A stretch of 63,328 nt of DNA, filler included, from Clostridiaceae bacterium (GCA_012839865.1; 4 parts of 4 records of this genome joined end to end with filler, not necessarily neighbours in it), one strand, 5' to 3'. Positions 20,169 to 30,151 are shown, counted from the first letter of the whole stretch. Notes: a model not told the origin generated them from the letters alone. A program made the numbers and translations.

Positions 20169-20391
20169 AGCATCACCCTTAAAATTTTTCTGAGTGCTAC
20201 ATAATATGCTTTGGGTAATGGTTTTGGGAATGAATTAAGGGGTTTTCATAAAACAATTTTTAAATTTTATTTAATTTGCGCCAAAGTAGAATTGTCCTTC
20301 TACAATACGGACTTCTCTGAATTTTCATGAACAATGCGGTTAAAAGGCAGCTTTATTAATCCTGGAAGGGAGTTTACATAACCAAAAAAAA

Positions 20392-20422
20392 CAGACGGTA
20401 AGCTTTTTGGCTGTACCGTCTG
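20392..20422 (-). terminator. Rho-independent terminator after nagB
   Basis: CAGACGGTA/TACCGTCTG 9-bp stem followed by a U-run on the minus strand. Confidence 0.65.
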
Positions 20423-20500
20423 CTGTGAAATTGAAATTTTCATTGGAACCTGGCATGCCCCGCAAGGGATGCCTTATTGCAAGATATTATGTGCTGTATA

Positions 20501-21271
20501 TTACAGAATTAAAGATGCGCTATCCTTGTCTGTATAAAGAACCGCATTGGAATGCAGTCTCAGGATTGAAGCAGGAACTCTTTCCCTGATTTCGCCCTTT
20601 ACTGTATTAAATACAGCTTCCGCCTTGGTTTTGGCAGGAACTATACAGTAAATATATTTGCTGTTTGTAATGGCAGGTACCGTTAATGTAAATGCATTGG
20701 TCGGTACGTCATCAATTTTTGCGAAGCAACCGTCGTTTACCTGCTGCTGTCTGCACTTTTGATCAAGGTCTACTATTTTTACAAGTTTTGCATCATCAAA
20801 GAAAGCCACATGAGGATCGTTGAAAGCAATATGTCCATTTTCACCGATACCAATACAAGCTATATCAATCGGATTCTCCTCCAACAACTTTTGATACCTT
20901 TTGCATTCTTCTTCAGGACTTGCAGCGTTTGCATTAAGGGTATTTACAGACTTGAAAGGAACTTTATCAAAAATGCGTGCTTTCAGGAAGTTTACAAACC
21001 CCTGGGGAGCATCTTTGTCAATACCGACATATTCATCCAGATGAAATGCATTAATGCGATTCCATTCAATACTTGCATCTTCCACAAGAGTTGCCAAAAA
21101 CTCATTTTGTGAAGGTGCTGCTGCAAAAAGCACATTGATATCCTTCCTGTCTTTGAGCAGCTCGCGAATTTTTTCTGCTACTTCCTTTGCAGCTGCCGCT
21201 CCCATTGACTGACGGCTGTCATAAACTTTAACCAGCAGTTTTCCTGCCTTGGTTTCCATTATTTTACTCAT
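20501..21271 (-). CDS. nagB: Glucosamine-6-phosphate deaminase family protein
   Basis: AFHLDEYVG, IGIGENGHIAFNDP, VPAKTKAEAV, PASILRLH; start set by GGAGG RBS. Confidence 0.82.
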   Translation of the reverse strand: MSKIMETKAGKLLVKVYDSRQSMGAAAAKEVAEKIRELLKDRKDINVLFAAAPSQNEFLATLVEDASIEWNRINAFHLDEYVGIDKDAPQGFVNFLKARIFDKVPFKSVNTLNANAASPEEECKRYQKLLEENPIDIACIGIGENGHIAFNDPHVAFFDDAKLVKIVDLDQKCRQQQVNDGCFAKIDDVPTNAFTLTVPAITNSKYIYCIVPAKTKAEAVFNTVKGEIRERVPASILRLHSNAVLYTDKDSASLIL

Positions 21272-21393
21272 AAACATCCTCCTATCAAACAATAACGTAC
21301 TGATTAATATTATCAAGTAACCGTTTACTATATTAAAAAGTATAACATATTTATTTTAATAATGCTACAACTAAATATAAGACAAAAGATATG

Positions 21394-21513
21394 ACAGGGC
21401 AGGGCAGGGGACGGTTCCGTGTCCTGCACCAGGATAAGGCAAGGAAATAGGACAGGGGACGGTTCTGTGTCTTACGCTGGCAGGACACAGAACCGTCCCC
21501 TGTCCTGCCCTGT
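21394..21513. repeat. REP-like GC-rich repeat cluster (two direct copies and one inverted copy)
   Basis: AGGACAGGGGACGGTTCTGTGTC at 21449-21471, exact inverse at 21484-21506, variant at 21402-21426. Confidence 0.75.
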
Positions 21514-21649
21514 TCTGTGGTAATCGTTTTCTATGTATTACTCTAACATTCTTCAACCCTTCACACTCTGCAATGATTTGGCTATAATAGAAAAAGGTGC
21601 GCAATGCAATTTTTTATATTATAAATCACCATATGGAAGGATGATTATA

Positions 21650-22666
21650 TTGAAGGTTCTCTTTATAGGAGGAACGGGAGTAATAAGCAGTGCTGTGTCT
21701 GAATTGGCATTGAAAAAGGGATTTGATCTGTATCTTTTGAACCGCGGCAATAACAGCGAGTTTTTTCCAGCCGGTGCAAAAGCAATAATAGCTGATATCC
21801 GCAATGAGCAAAATGTGGAGAGCCTTATCAAAAATACCCGGTTTGATGTGGTTGTGGATTGGATTGCATATCAGCCGGAGCATGTCAAAACTGATATCAG
21901 GCTTTTCAAAGGCAGGACAGACCAGTACATTTTCATAAGCTCCGCAGCTTGCTACAAAAGGCCGGTAAACCATTATTATATTGATGAGTCCACACCTCTT
22001 TACAATCCCTACTGGCAATATGCCCAGGACAAAATTGCCTGTGAGGAGCTGCTAATGAAAGAATTCAGGGAAAACAGCTTTCCTGTAACGATTGTGCGGC
22101 CTTCCCTGACTTATGGAGTCACCAGCATACCCCATATTTTAAACAGCCGCAAGTCACGCTGGACTTTGATTGACCGCATGCGCAGGGGAAAAAAGATAAT
22201 AGTTCCCGGTGATGGTACCTCTCTTTGGACCATAACCCACAATACGGATTTTGCCAAAGGGTTTGTCGGCTTAATAGGCAATGTACAGGCTGTCGGGCAT
22301 GCTTTTCATATAACTTCCGATGAGGTTCTGAACTGGAATCAAATAACTGATGTTATAGGGAAAGCTGCAGGTGTGAAACCCGATATAATACATATTCCGT
22401 CCGATTTTATATCAGCCTTTGCACCTGATCTGAAGGGCAACCTTTTGGGTGATAAATCTGAAAGCGTTGTATTTAACAACAGCAAGATAAAAAGATTTGT
22501 ACCTGACTTTGTCGCAACGGTACCATTTTCAGAAGGTATAAAACAATCCGTCGAATATTACGAATCAAAGCCTGAGCTTTGCCAGGTGGACGAGGAATTT
22601 GACGAGCTGATGGATAGAATTATAAGTGCATATGAGACAGGTCTGAAACTGGCCAATAAAAACTGA
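21650..22666 (+). CDS. NAD-dependent epimerase/dehydratase (atypical SDR)
   Basis: KVLFIGGTGVISS, FISSAACY, YAQDKIACE, IVRPSLTYG; TTG start after GGAAGG. Confidence 0.88.
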   Translation: MKVLFIGGTGVISSAVSELALKKGFDLYLLNRGNNSEFFPAGAKAIIADIRNEQNVESLIKNTRFDVVVDWIAYQPEHVKTDIRLFKGRTDQYIFISSAACYKRPVNHYYIDESTPLYNPYWQYAQDKIACEELLMKEFRENSFPVTIVRPSLTYGVTSIPHILNSRKSRWTLIDRMRRGKKIIVPGDGTSLWTITHNTDFAKGFVGLIGNVQAVGHAFHITSDEVLNWNQITDVIGKAAGVKPDIIHIPSDFISAFAPDLKGNLLGDKSESVVFNNSKIKRFVPDFVATVPFSEGIKQSVEYYESKPELCQVDEEFDELMDRIISAYETGLKLANKN

Positions 22667-22757
22667 GATTTACTGCACTTTCGTTTGCAAAATCAACAAA
22701 TTGTCTTTCAAAAAATAGTCTGTTTTTTTTGCAGACATTCATTCAAGCTATCCATGA

Positions 22758-22782
22758 AAACGGGGAGGCAACCTCCCCGTTT
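22758..22782. terminator. Hairpin terminator
   Basis: AAACGGGGAGG-CAA-CCTCCCCGTTT perfect 11-bp stem. Confidence 0.65.
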
Positions 22783-22895
22783 CTCATCCAATAAGCAAAA
22801 TGGTAATCATCGGATTCCGTTATTTTAACCCAGGGCTAATTTTTCATAGTAGTCAAGTATTGTTTGGTACAAAGAAGACTCCTCCCCCAGCCGGC

Positions 22896-22995
22896 NNNNN
22901 NNNNNNNNNNNNNNNNNNNNNNNNNNNNNNNNNNNNNNNTTAATTAATTAANNNNNNNNNNNNNNNNNNNNNNNNNNNNNNNNNNNNNNNNNNNN
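22896..22995. other. Artificial contig-joining linker
   Basis: 44 N + TTAATTAATTAA (stops in all six frames) + 44 N. Confidence 0.97.
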
Positions 22996-23857
22996 TGACA
23001 ATAAGGCAAGGAGACTTGCTGGTTTCATCAAAGTACTCTGTTGACTCATACCTGTTTTTCAGGATTTCAATATCATCAAGACCTATTCCATAGCCTCCAT
23101 AACTTGAACCATTCTTCCAGTAACGCCCGTAAAACGGAATCCCAAGCAGGATTTTTTCCTTTGGTACCCTTTCAAGTGCATAATTGATTGATCTTTCCAA
23201 AAATGTGGAACTGGCTACAGGTCCCGGCATGCTTCCCTGCCAGCTTTCGTCATATGTCATAACCACAAAAAAATCACTGTATCCCGCCAGCTTGACATAA
23301 TCATAGGACCCCTGCCAGAGATTATCTATATAGAAGGGATTGGCTGCAACTGCAACTGACAGCAGTTTATCCGGGTTAATTTTTTCTCTCACAAGTCTTA
23401 CAAAGTCAACATAATTCTCCCTGTCAAGTTCATTTAATCCTTCAATGTCAACATTCACACCGTCAAGGCCAAATAATTCAATTGCCGAAACCACATCCCC
23501 CGCCAGCTTATGCCTGTTCTCAAGAGCTTTCCTGCCGGCACTGATATTCCAGTGGTTGCTTAAAAAAGGAACCACCTTGATGCCTCTTTGGTGCATATCC
23601 TGGATAAATGAGTGACTGTACTTGTCAGTTAAAACCAATTCTCCGTTTTCATCTATGTCAAAAAAACTGATAGCTACAAGGTCCACTGAACCTTTTGTGT
23701 TATCCACAAGTTCAGTATAGCGGCTTGTTTCTCCAAAATACACATATGTCATGTTAAACCTTCCGCCATCACTCAAAAGACTTGCATTTGCAATATTATT
23801 GGTATGAATTATGCATAAAAAAAGCAAGATTAAAAAGACGCTGATTCTTTTTCTCAT
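22996..23857 (-). CDS. Secreted GH18 family protein (YdhD/YaaH-like), 3' end cut by contig end
   Basis: Signal peptide MRKRISVFLILLFLC, LDGVNVDIE, VMTYDE, LLGIPFYGRYW; runs into the N gap. Confidence 0.85.
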
Positions 23858-24298
23858 TTTGACCCCCCGTTTATGTAAACATATGCGTATAGATTCAGCG
23901 TAATATATAAACAAAGTACAATTCAATGCATAATTTATGGAAGTGCCATTCTGCCTGTATTACTGGTTGCCGTTAAAATTTACCTGCTTAATTTTTCAGG
24001 CAGTCGTTACAAAAACCAATAAAGCCACAAAAAAACAGGCAGCTTAAATGCCTTGTTATCAGAAAATTTGAGTGAAACCTCCTGAAGGATTCGCTGAAAT
24101 TTCCGGATTCCAAGGCGTTTACCGCCTGTTCCTCTGCTTTGCAGCTGTACGTTCTTCTCTAATTGCGTCTTTACCTGACTTTGTTCTCCGCCTTAAGGCT
24201 TTGCCTGCCTCTCATTGCAGTTTGCCTTTTATATGCTGTTCTTTATTTCTTGCTTTTTACCGGCAGTTTTTTTGCCGTTAGTTTCTATTTTTCGCAGC

Positions 24299-24899
24299 TT
24301 ATTTTTTTGCTCTTCCGGCTGCCTTGCTTGTAGCCCTGGTTGCGCCGGTGGAAATTCCTCCGTCAACCAGCAATGTTTGCCCCGTAATATATTTGCTTTC
24401 ATCGGATGCCAAAAATACAATCGCTCCATCAAGGTCATCCGGCTGGCCGGGGCGCTTCAGGGGAATCCTGTCGCAAATGTACTCAACCCATTCCTTGTCC
24501 TCGTACAATACTTTGTTTTGCTCGGTTTTGAACCATCCCGGAGCAAGGCAGTTGACAGTTATTCCATAAGCACCCCAGTCATCTGCAAGGCTCATGGTAA
24601 GCTGCTTTACTCCACCGCGGCTTGCACAGTAGGGAGTAATTCCTGCATACCCAAAAACGCTCGTAACAGAACCTATATTTATAATCCTGCCGTATTTTCT
24701 TGGTATCATATGCTTCGCCACAGCCTGGGACACAAAAAATGTGCCCCGGAGGTTTGTATCAAGCACTGTATTCCACTCATCCCATGTAATATCCACTGCA
24801 GGTTTCCTTATGTTGCAGCCTGCATTATTCACCAGAATATCGATTTTGCCCATTTCTTTTATAACGGTATCCACCATCTTCTGAATACTGTGCTTTCAT
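24299..24899 (-). pseudogene. 5'-truncated SDR oxidoreductase (gluconate 5-dehydrogenase-like)
   Basis: IDILVNNAG, NIGS, YCASRGG, NCLAPG, YITGQTLLVDGG present; N-terminal GxxxGxG region absent, in-frame stop at 24896-24898, out-of-frame ATG at 24899. Confidence 0.7.
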
Positions 24900-25246
24900 C
24901 TTATCCGCCCTTTCATATTGTGATTATTGTCCGAACATTACATATTGAGTTAAAGAAATAACCTGCAAGTAAATTATACTACTTTTTCTTCACTTACACA
25001 CCTTCTGCCTGGTAAATTATTAATACTTTTTTCATCTTGGATATAATTATTTTTTACAAATTTACCGATTAAGTAAATGATGGAATATTTAAAATGACAA
25101 TTTGATTTTATTAAAAGTTTTTTGCTTTTGCAGGGAAAAACGCATATTCGATAAATTTCATGGTATGTGTTTCGACATGTAATTGGCTTTTTATATATTT
25201 TGATTTAAAATAAGGTTGTTACCAAGAAAAATTAGGAGATTATCTT

Positions 25247-26062
25247 ATGGATATAATGACATTAGCAGGTATTATTGCAGGCATAGTCTTTATAGTTATT
25301 CCAATTGCCCAGGGAGCTGCTCCCCAGGCATTTCTCCATCTGCAATCACTCATGATAACCGTTGGCGGCGGAATCGCTTCCACCCTTATCAGCTATAGGC
25401 TTCAGGAATTCACAAAAATAATGAAAGTGGCCGCAAAGGTTTTCACAGAAAAGAAAACCACCCCAATTGACACTATTTCAATGCTGATAGACCTTTCACA
25501 AAAAGCTCGAAAAGAAGGGTTGCTTGCATTGGAAGCGGATCTTGAAGATATAGACGATGACTACATAAAGCAATACCTTCAACTCATCGTGGACGGTATC
25601 GACCCCGATGTAATCCGAAAATCAATGGAACTGGAAATCGATAACATGAAAATGAGGCATGATAAAGGTCAGGGACTTTTCAAATTTATGGCGGCGGTAT
25701 TTCCTGCATGGGGTATGATCGGAACACTTATTGGACTTATACAGTTGCTGCAATCCCTGGAAACTCCTGAAAGCATTGGCCCGTCGATGGCAGTTGCACT
25801 GGTTACAACTTTCTATGGAGTTATTCTGGCAAACTTTATTTGCAAGCCTATTGCAAGCAAGCTTGAAATAAAGAGCAATGAAGAAATACAGGAAAAAGAA
25901 ATGATAATTGAGGGGATTTTATCAATACAGGCAGGAGAGAATCCCAGGATTCTGGAACAGAAGTTGAGCACATTCCTGTCCCCTGTGCAGAAACATATGC
26001 TTAATAGCAGAAATGAAAAACCAGGGGAAACACAAGAATCAGAAAACTATAATCCTGCGTGA
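25247..26062 (+). CDS. motA: Flagellar stator A subunit (MotA/MotP family)
   Basis: ARKEGLLALE, PAWGMIGTLIGLIQ, MAVALVTTFYG, IQAGENPR. Confidence 0.92.
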   Translation: MDIMTLAGIIAGIVFIVIPIAQGAAPQAFLHLQSLMITVGGGIASTLISYRLQEFTKIMKVAAKVFTEKKTTPIDTISMLIDLSQKARKEGLLALEADLEDIDDDYIKQYLQLIVDGIDPDVIRKSMELEIDNMKMRHDKGQGLFKFMAAVFPAWGMIGTLIGLIQLLQSLETPESIGPSMAVALVTTFYGVILANFICKPIASKLEIKSNEEIQEKEMIIEGILSIQAGENPRILEQKLSTFLSPVQKHMLNSRNEKPGETQESENYNPA

Positions 26063-26070
26063 GGTGAAAA

Positions 26071-26835
26071 ATGTCCAGAAGAATTACTCCCAGCGGCGGA
26101 GACGAAGAAAACTGGTTGACAACCTATAGTGATCTGGTTACATTGCTTTTAACATTTTTTGTCATGTTGTTTTCCATGGCAGTGTTGGATCAGGCTAAAT
26201 TTAGAGAAGTAGCACAGTCTCTTCAAGCTGCTTTTGTTAATGCTGATATAAAAACCGGAGAATTGTTTTTTGACAATCCAGGGAAAGAAGTTATTGATTT
26301 GACGGGAAGCGGCGGCATGCTGGACGATACAGGAAACATATCAAAAATTCAAGATCCCAGTAAAGCGGAAACGGAAGAATTAAGAGCGCGGACCCTTGGC
26401 AATGTAGTGGAGCAAATTGAGAAAGCAATAACAGATCTCAACTTAACCGGGAATGTCACAATAATTGATGAGGAATATAAAGTTATCTTAAGGCTAAACA
26501 CTATTATTCTCTTTGATATGGGAAGCGCGGAAATAAAGCCAGAAGGGCTTGATGTCATAATCAAACTTGGCGATATATTAAGCCAGCTTGATCACAATAT
26601 CGTAGTCAACGGACATACCTGTGATTTGCCGATTAATACTGCTTTATACCCAACAAACTGGGAACTCTCCACAAAGCGAGCTTCAAATGTTGCCCGCATT
26701 CTGATAGAAGATTGCAATATTCCACCTGAAAGAATGACAGCTGCAGGTCATGCGGAATTCAAGCCCCTTGTGCCCAACACATCAGAAGAAAACCGCCAAC
26801 AAAACAGGCGAATAGAAATACATATAGAAAAATGA
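26071..26835 (+). CDS. motB: Flagellar stator B subunit (MotB/MotS family) with OmpA-like domain
   Basis: WLTTYSDLVTLLLTFFVMLFSM, GHTCD, NWELSTKRA, NRRIEI. Confidence 0.92.
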   Translation: MSRRITPSGGDEENWLTTYSDLVTLLLTFFVMLFSMAVLDQAKFREVAQSLQAAFVNADIKTGELFFDNPGKEVIDLTGSGGMLDDTGNISKIQDPSKAETEELRARTLGNVVEQIEKAITDLNLTGNVTIIDEEYKVILRLNTIILFDMGSAEIKPEGLDVIIKLGDILSQLDHNIVVNGHTCDLPINTALYPTNWELSTKRASNVARILIEDCNIPPERMTAAGHAEFKPLVPNTSEENRQQNRRIEIHIEK

Positions 26836-26874
26836 AAACAAAGCCCGGTTCAGTCAAGAATCGGGCTTTGTTTT
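26835..26874 (+). terminator. Rho-independent terminator after motAB
   Basis: AAAACAAAGCCCG...CGGGCTTTGTTTT stem with T-run. Confidence 0.75.
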
Positions 26875-26947
26875 TTAAACATCCAAAGCAGGATTGGGCA
26901 ATGACATACAGCCAGCTTATTATATTTTTGCAAACAGGTTTGCAACG

Positions 26948-27835
26948 TTACACCTTGACCGGTGAGGACCAGGCATACCTGCCTTTATCATCAACAACCT
27001 CAACGCGCACAAAGCTGTCACTTGGCTTTATTGTATAATATGCCCCGGTTACAGGCTTGTCTTTGCTGCGGACAGTCGTCCTGTCTTTCACATATAGGGT
27101 GTCAGTGAAAAATACCACACATTCAATATTGCTTTCAGGAGGACATTCCACACATACCTTGCCTTCTCTTATAGTCATTTCAAAGTGTGGGCCTTGTGTT
27201 GCATGGAATTTGCCTTCTCTTATAGACTCCAGGATGGATTCACGGGTTAATGATTCACTTTGCACCATTATCCAGCTCTTCATTTCCTCTCCATCGTAAA
27301 AATGTGCATCATCAGCCGCAATACATGGGTACAATCTGCTCATGGATGCCAGCATGTCAATAATAAGTCCGGAATATGGTCTGGAGCTGTGCGGAAGATC
27401 GGAAACAGAATTATATATTTCAACAGCATCTATGCCCTGAAGTTTGTTTATTTGCTCAGGTGTATTGAGGGACCATGCCGGATGGGCCAGTATTGCAATA
27501 CCATTGCAATTTTTGATCTCATTTATAATCTCTTGTGTAGAAGCACTTGGTAATAAATTAACCCGGGGATCATCAGTCATGCCAATGCCGACAATGTGGA
27601 AAATCCCGTCTCTTAATTTTGTTTTTGCATCATACTCTCCACCTGATAAAACCAGCATCTCACCATCCCAACCACCTTTTTCAAATATCCAGTGATCGGT
27701 AAATGCAAAGAAGTCATACCCTGCTTCTTTGTAAAGTCTTGCTACTCTTTCAGGCGAGAGCTTGCCATCGGAACGTGTTGTGTGTGTATGCAAGTTTCCC
27801 TTGTACCATACTTTCCCATGTTTATCTACGTACAT
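26948..27835 (-). CDS. PHP-like metallohydrolase (CehA/McbA-type)
   Basis: KGNLHTHTTRSDG, FTDH, AHPAWS, AADDAH, AWSSP. Confidence 0.85.
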   Translation of the reverse strand: MYVDKHGKVWYKGNLHTHTTRSDGKLSPERVARLYKEAGYDFFAFTDHWIFEKGGWDGEMLVLSGGEYDAKTKLRDGIFHIVGIGMTDDPRVNLLPSASTQEIINEIKNCNGIAILAHPAWSLNTPEQINKLQGIDAVEIYNSVSDLPHSSRPYSGLIIDMLASMSRLYPCIAADDAHFYDGEEMKSWIMVQSESLTRESILESIREGKFHATQGPHFEMTIREGKVCVECPPESNIECVVFFTDTLYVKDRTTVRSKDKPVTGAYYTIKPSDSFVRVEVVDDKGRYAWSSPVKV

Positions 27836-27941
27836 TAAGTTTAACCACCTTGTTTAAAAATATTTATTGTACAACTTTACTATCTATTATACGCAATAAA
27901 AACAAAACCACCTTCAATGCAATCCTTGAAAGTGGCTTTTC

Positions 27942-28033
27942 TGGCGGAGAAGACGAGATTCGAACTCGTGCACGCCTTGCGACGTCTAACGGTTTAGCAA
28001 ACCGTCCCCTTCAACCTACTTGGGTACTTCTCC
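27942..28033 (-). tRNA. tRNA-Ser(GCT)
   Basis: GGAGAAG...GGTTTGCTAAACC anticodon arm, long variable arm, GTTCGAATC T-loop, CCA end. Confidence 0.95.
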
Positions 28034-28055
28034 AAAAATATGGTTGAATATAAAG

Positions 28056-28146
28056 TGGCGGAGAGAGTGAGATTCGAACTCACGGTAGGCTTGCACCTAC
28101 GCCGGTTTTCAAGACCGGTGCCTTAAACCAACTCGACCATCTCTCC
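28056..28146 (-). tRNA. tRNA-Ser(TGA)
   Basis: GGAGAGA...CCGGTCTTGAAAACCGG anticodon arm, long variable arm, GTTCGAATC, CCA end. Confidence 0.95.
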
Positions 28147-28168
28147 ATATTTTTAAATGACAAAGTGT

Positions 28169-28197
28169 ATTTTACAATGAAACAGTATCTTTGTCAA
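28169..28197 (-). promoter_or_regulatory. sigma-A promoter of the tRNA-Ser pair
   Basis: TTGACA, 17 nt, TAAAAT on the minus strand just upstream of the first tRNA. Confidence 0.7.
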
Positions 28198-28493
28198 CAC
28201 TGAAAATATTGCCGATAACTAAAAATATGCCACTCTTAAAAGGCATTCTCTGGTGATAACTTCAAATTCTTTTATTTATGTAGCGTGGTCAATGCCAAAC
28301 ACAGTGAACGCAAGAGGAACAGAGCATGGAACCAAGCGAAGCTTTATTCAGTATTTTCTACTTTCAAAAGCTATCGCTTGCATATCCGCCCCTTTGCTTC
28401 CAGTATTTCTTTAACAATACCTATGACTCGTTTCTTTGCTTCATCGGCATCCTATACCAAATATGTTTATGATTTACAATTCAAAGCATTCTA

Positions 28494-29357
28494 TTACGCC
28501 AACTTGTCAAACAATCCGAGAATTCTGTCCAACTCCTCATCAGAGTAATATTCAATAAGTATTTTCCCTTTTTTGTTCCCTTTTTGCAACTCAACTTTGG
28601 TTTTGAAAATATCCTTCAATTTTTCTTCTATCTGCACATATTCTACATCTTTGTTTTTTATTTTTTTATCAACAGGCTTATTTTTCAGGTACTTCCTGAT
28701 TAACTTTTCCGTCTCCCTTACATTTAAATCCCTTAGAATTATTTCATCGGCAATCTTGTTTTGGAGTTCTTCGTCTTCTATTGCCAGCAAAGCTCTTGCA
28801 TGTCCACTGCTCAACAAACCCTCCACGACATTTTTTCGGTTTTCATTACTTAATTTTAACAATCTTACAGAGTTTGCAACAGCAGAACGGCTTTTACCGA
28901 TTATTTCGGACAGTTCTTCCTGGGTCAGTCCATAATCATTTATCAGCTTGTCATATGCCTCAGCTTCCTCAATTGGATTTAAATCTTCCCTTTGCAGGTT
29001 TTCGATCAGTGCAACCTCAAGTATCTCCCTGTCGGATAAATCCTTGATTATTACAGGAACCTTTGTAAGGCCGGCAATTCTTGCAGCCCTCCATCTGCGC
29101 TCGCCTGCCACTATCTTGTAGCTGTTGCCTTCCTTCTTTACGATTATAGGCTGAACAATGCCATGCTGCTTTATTGATTCAGCAAGTTGGGTCAGCTTTT
29201 CATCATCAAACTTTTTTCTTGGCTGATTTACATTAGGGTCAATTTCATTTATCTTTAGTTCAATTACATTTTTCGTGTCAGTACTTTCAATAGTTGGTAT
29301 ACTCTCGTTCGACGGAAACAATGCTTCCAGTCCTTTTCCCAGTGCTTTTTTAGCCAA
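28494..29357 (-). CDS. parB: Chromosome partitioning protein ParB/Spo0J
   Basis: AKKALGKGLEAL, NQPRKKF, IVAGERRWRAA, IENLQREDLNPIEEA, GKSRSAVANSVRLL; TTG start overlaps the parA stop. Confidence 0.95.
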   Translation of the reverse strand: MAKKALGKGLEALFPSNESIPTIESTDTKNVIELKINEIDPNVNQPRKKFDDEKLTQLAESIKQHGIVQPIIVKKEGNSYKIVAGERRWRAARIAGLTKVPVIIKDLSDREILEVALIENLQREDLNPIEEAEAYDKLINDYGLTQEELSEIIGKSRSAVANSVRLLKLSNENRKNVVEGLLSSGHARALLAIEDEELQNKIADEIILRDLNVRETEKLIRKYLKNKPVDKKIKNKDVEYVQIEEKLKDIFKTKVELQKGNKKGKILIEYYSDEELDRILGLFDKLA

Positions 29358-30090
29358 TGTCCTTCGCAACCTCCTTTGAATACTCTATTACTTCTTCTGC
29401 CAGTTCCAAATAGCATTCGCTTCCTTTTGATTTTGGATCATACAATATTATGGGAAGTCCAAAACTTGGAGCTTCGCTTAATCGTACATTACGAGGAATA
29501 ATTGTCCTGTAAACTTTGTTTCTGAAGTATTTTTTAACCTCTTCCACCACTTGAATGGACAAATTGGTCCTTGCATCAAACATTGTCAAAACTACACCCT
29601 CAACATCAAGTTTAGGATTTAGATGCCTTTTGACAAGTTTTACGGTATTCATTAACTGGCTTAAACCTTCCAGTGCATAATATTCGCATTGTATCGGCAC
29701 CAAAATTGTATCGGCTGCTGTTAATGCGTTAATTGTAAGCAATCCAAGGGAAGGCGGACAATCAATAATTATAAAATCAAAGGCATCCCTAACCGAGGAT
29801 ATTGCCTCTTTCAACCTGGTTTCTCTGGATATTACAGCCACCAATTCAATTTCTGCGCCAACCAGCTGAATATTGGAAGGACAAACTTTGAGCTTTTCCA
29901 ATTTGGTATCCAAATAGGTTTCTTCCAGGGTTACACTATTGATAATAACATCATAGGTCGATTTTTTCACCCTTTCCTTATCAATACCCAGCCCACTGGT
30001 GGCATTTCCCTGTGGATCAACATCAATTAAAAGAACATTTTTACCTTTATAAGCAAGGCAAGAACTAAGATTAACAGCTGTTGTAGTTTT
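29350..30090 (-). CDS. parA: ParA/Soj ATPase, exon 2 (KTTTAVNL... 246 aa)
   Basis: KTTTAVNL, IDVDPQGNAT, IIDCPPSLG, PIQCEYYALEG, IPRNVRLSEAPSFG; lacks the first 15 residues, which are in exon 1. Confidence 0.93.
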   Translation of the reverse strand, partial: KTTTAVNLSSCLAYKGKNVLLIDVDPQGNATSGLGIDKERVKKSTYDVIINSVTLEETYLDTKLEKLKVCPSNIQLVGAEIELVAVISRETRLKEAISSVRDAFDFIIIDCPPSLGLLTINALTAADTILVPIQCEYYALEGLSQLMNTVKLVKRHLNPKLDVEGVVLTMFDARTNLSIQVVEEVKKYFRNKVYRTIIPRNVRLSEAPSFGLPIILYDPKSKGSECYLELAEEVIEYSKEVAKDIG

Positions 30091-30151
30091 GTAGGGTAGG
30101 CACCCAACGCCTTTTTGCATCTCTGCAATAGGTTTTTGCGAACCCCCCTCA

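Noticed and set aside
21394..21513. CRISPR array
   Set aside because: Only three copies, one inverted, irregular short spacing, no cas genes; fits REP-like repeats better.
22783..22895. Gene tail on the minus strand at the end of contig 1 (...AGWGRSLLCTKQYLTTMKN*)
   Set aside because: About 20 codons before the gap; cannot be identified.
24060..24298. Purine-rich stretch after the SDR as a Lys/Arg-rich ORF or ncRNA
   Set aside because: Short stop-interrupted frames, no RBS-led start, no recognisable RNA family.
24215..24961. 248-aa plus-strand ORF and other antisense ORFs (e.g. 48431..49033, 4488..5006, 38634..39110)
   Set aside because: Shadow frames opposite well-supported genes, with no RBS or motifs.
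25030..25065. SigD-like promoter for motAB (TAAT-N15-TACCGATT)
   Set aside because: Two or more mismatches in very AT-rich DNA; too weak to call.
28260..28493. Protein-like remnant between parB and the tRNA promoter (DADEAKKRVIGIVKEILEAKG)
   Set aside because: Several stops and no recognisable family; cannot support a call.
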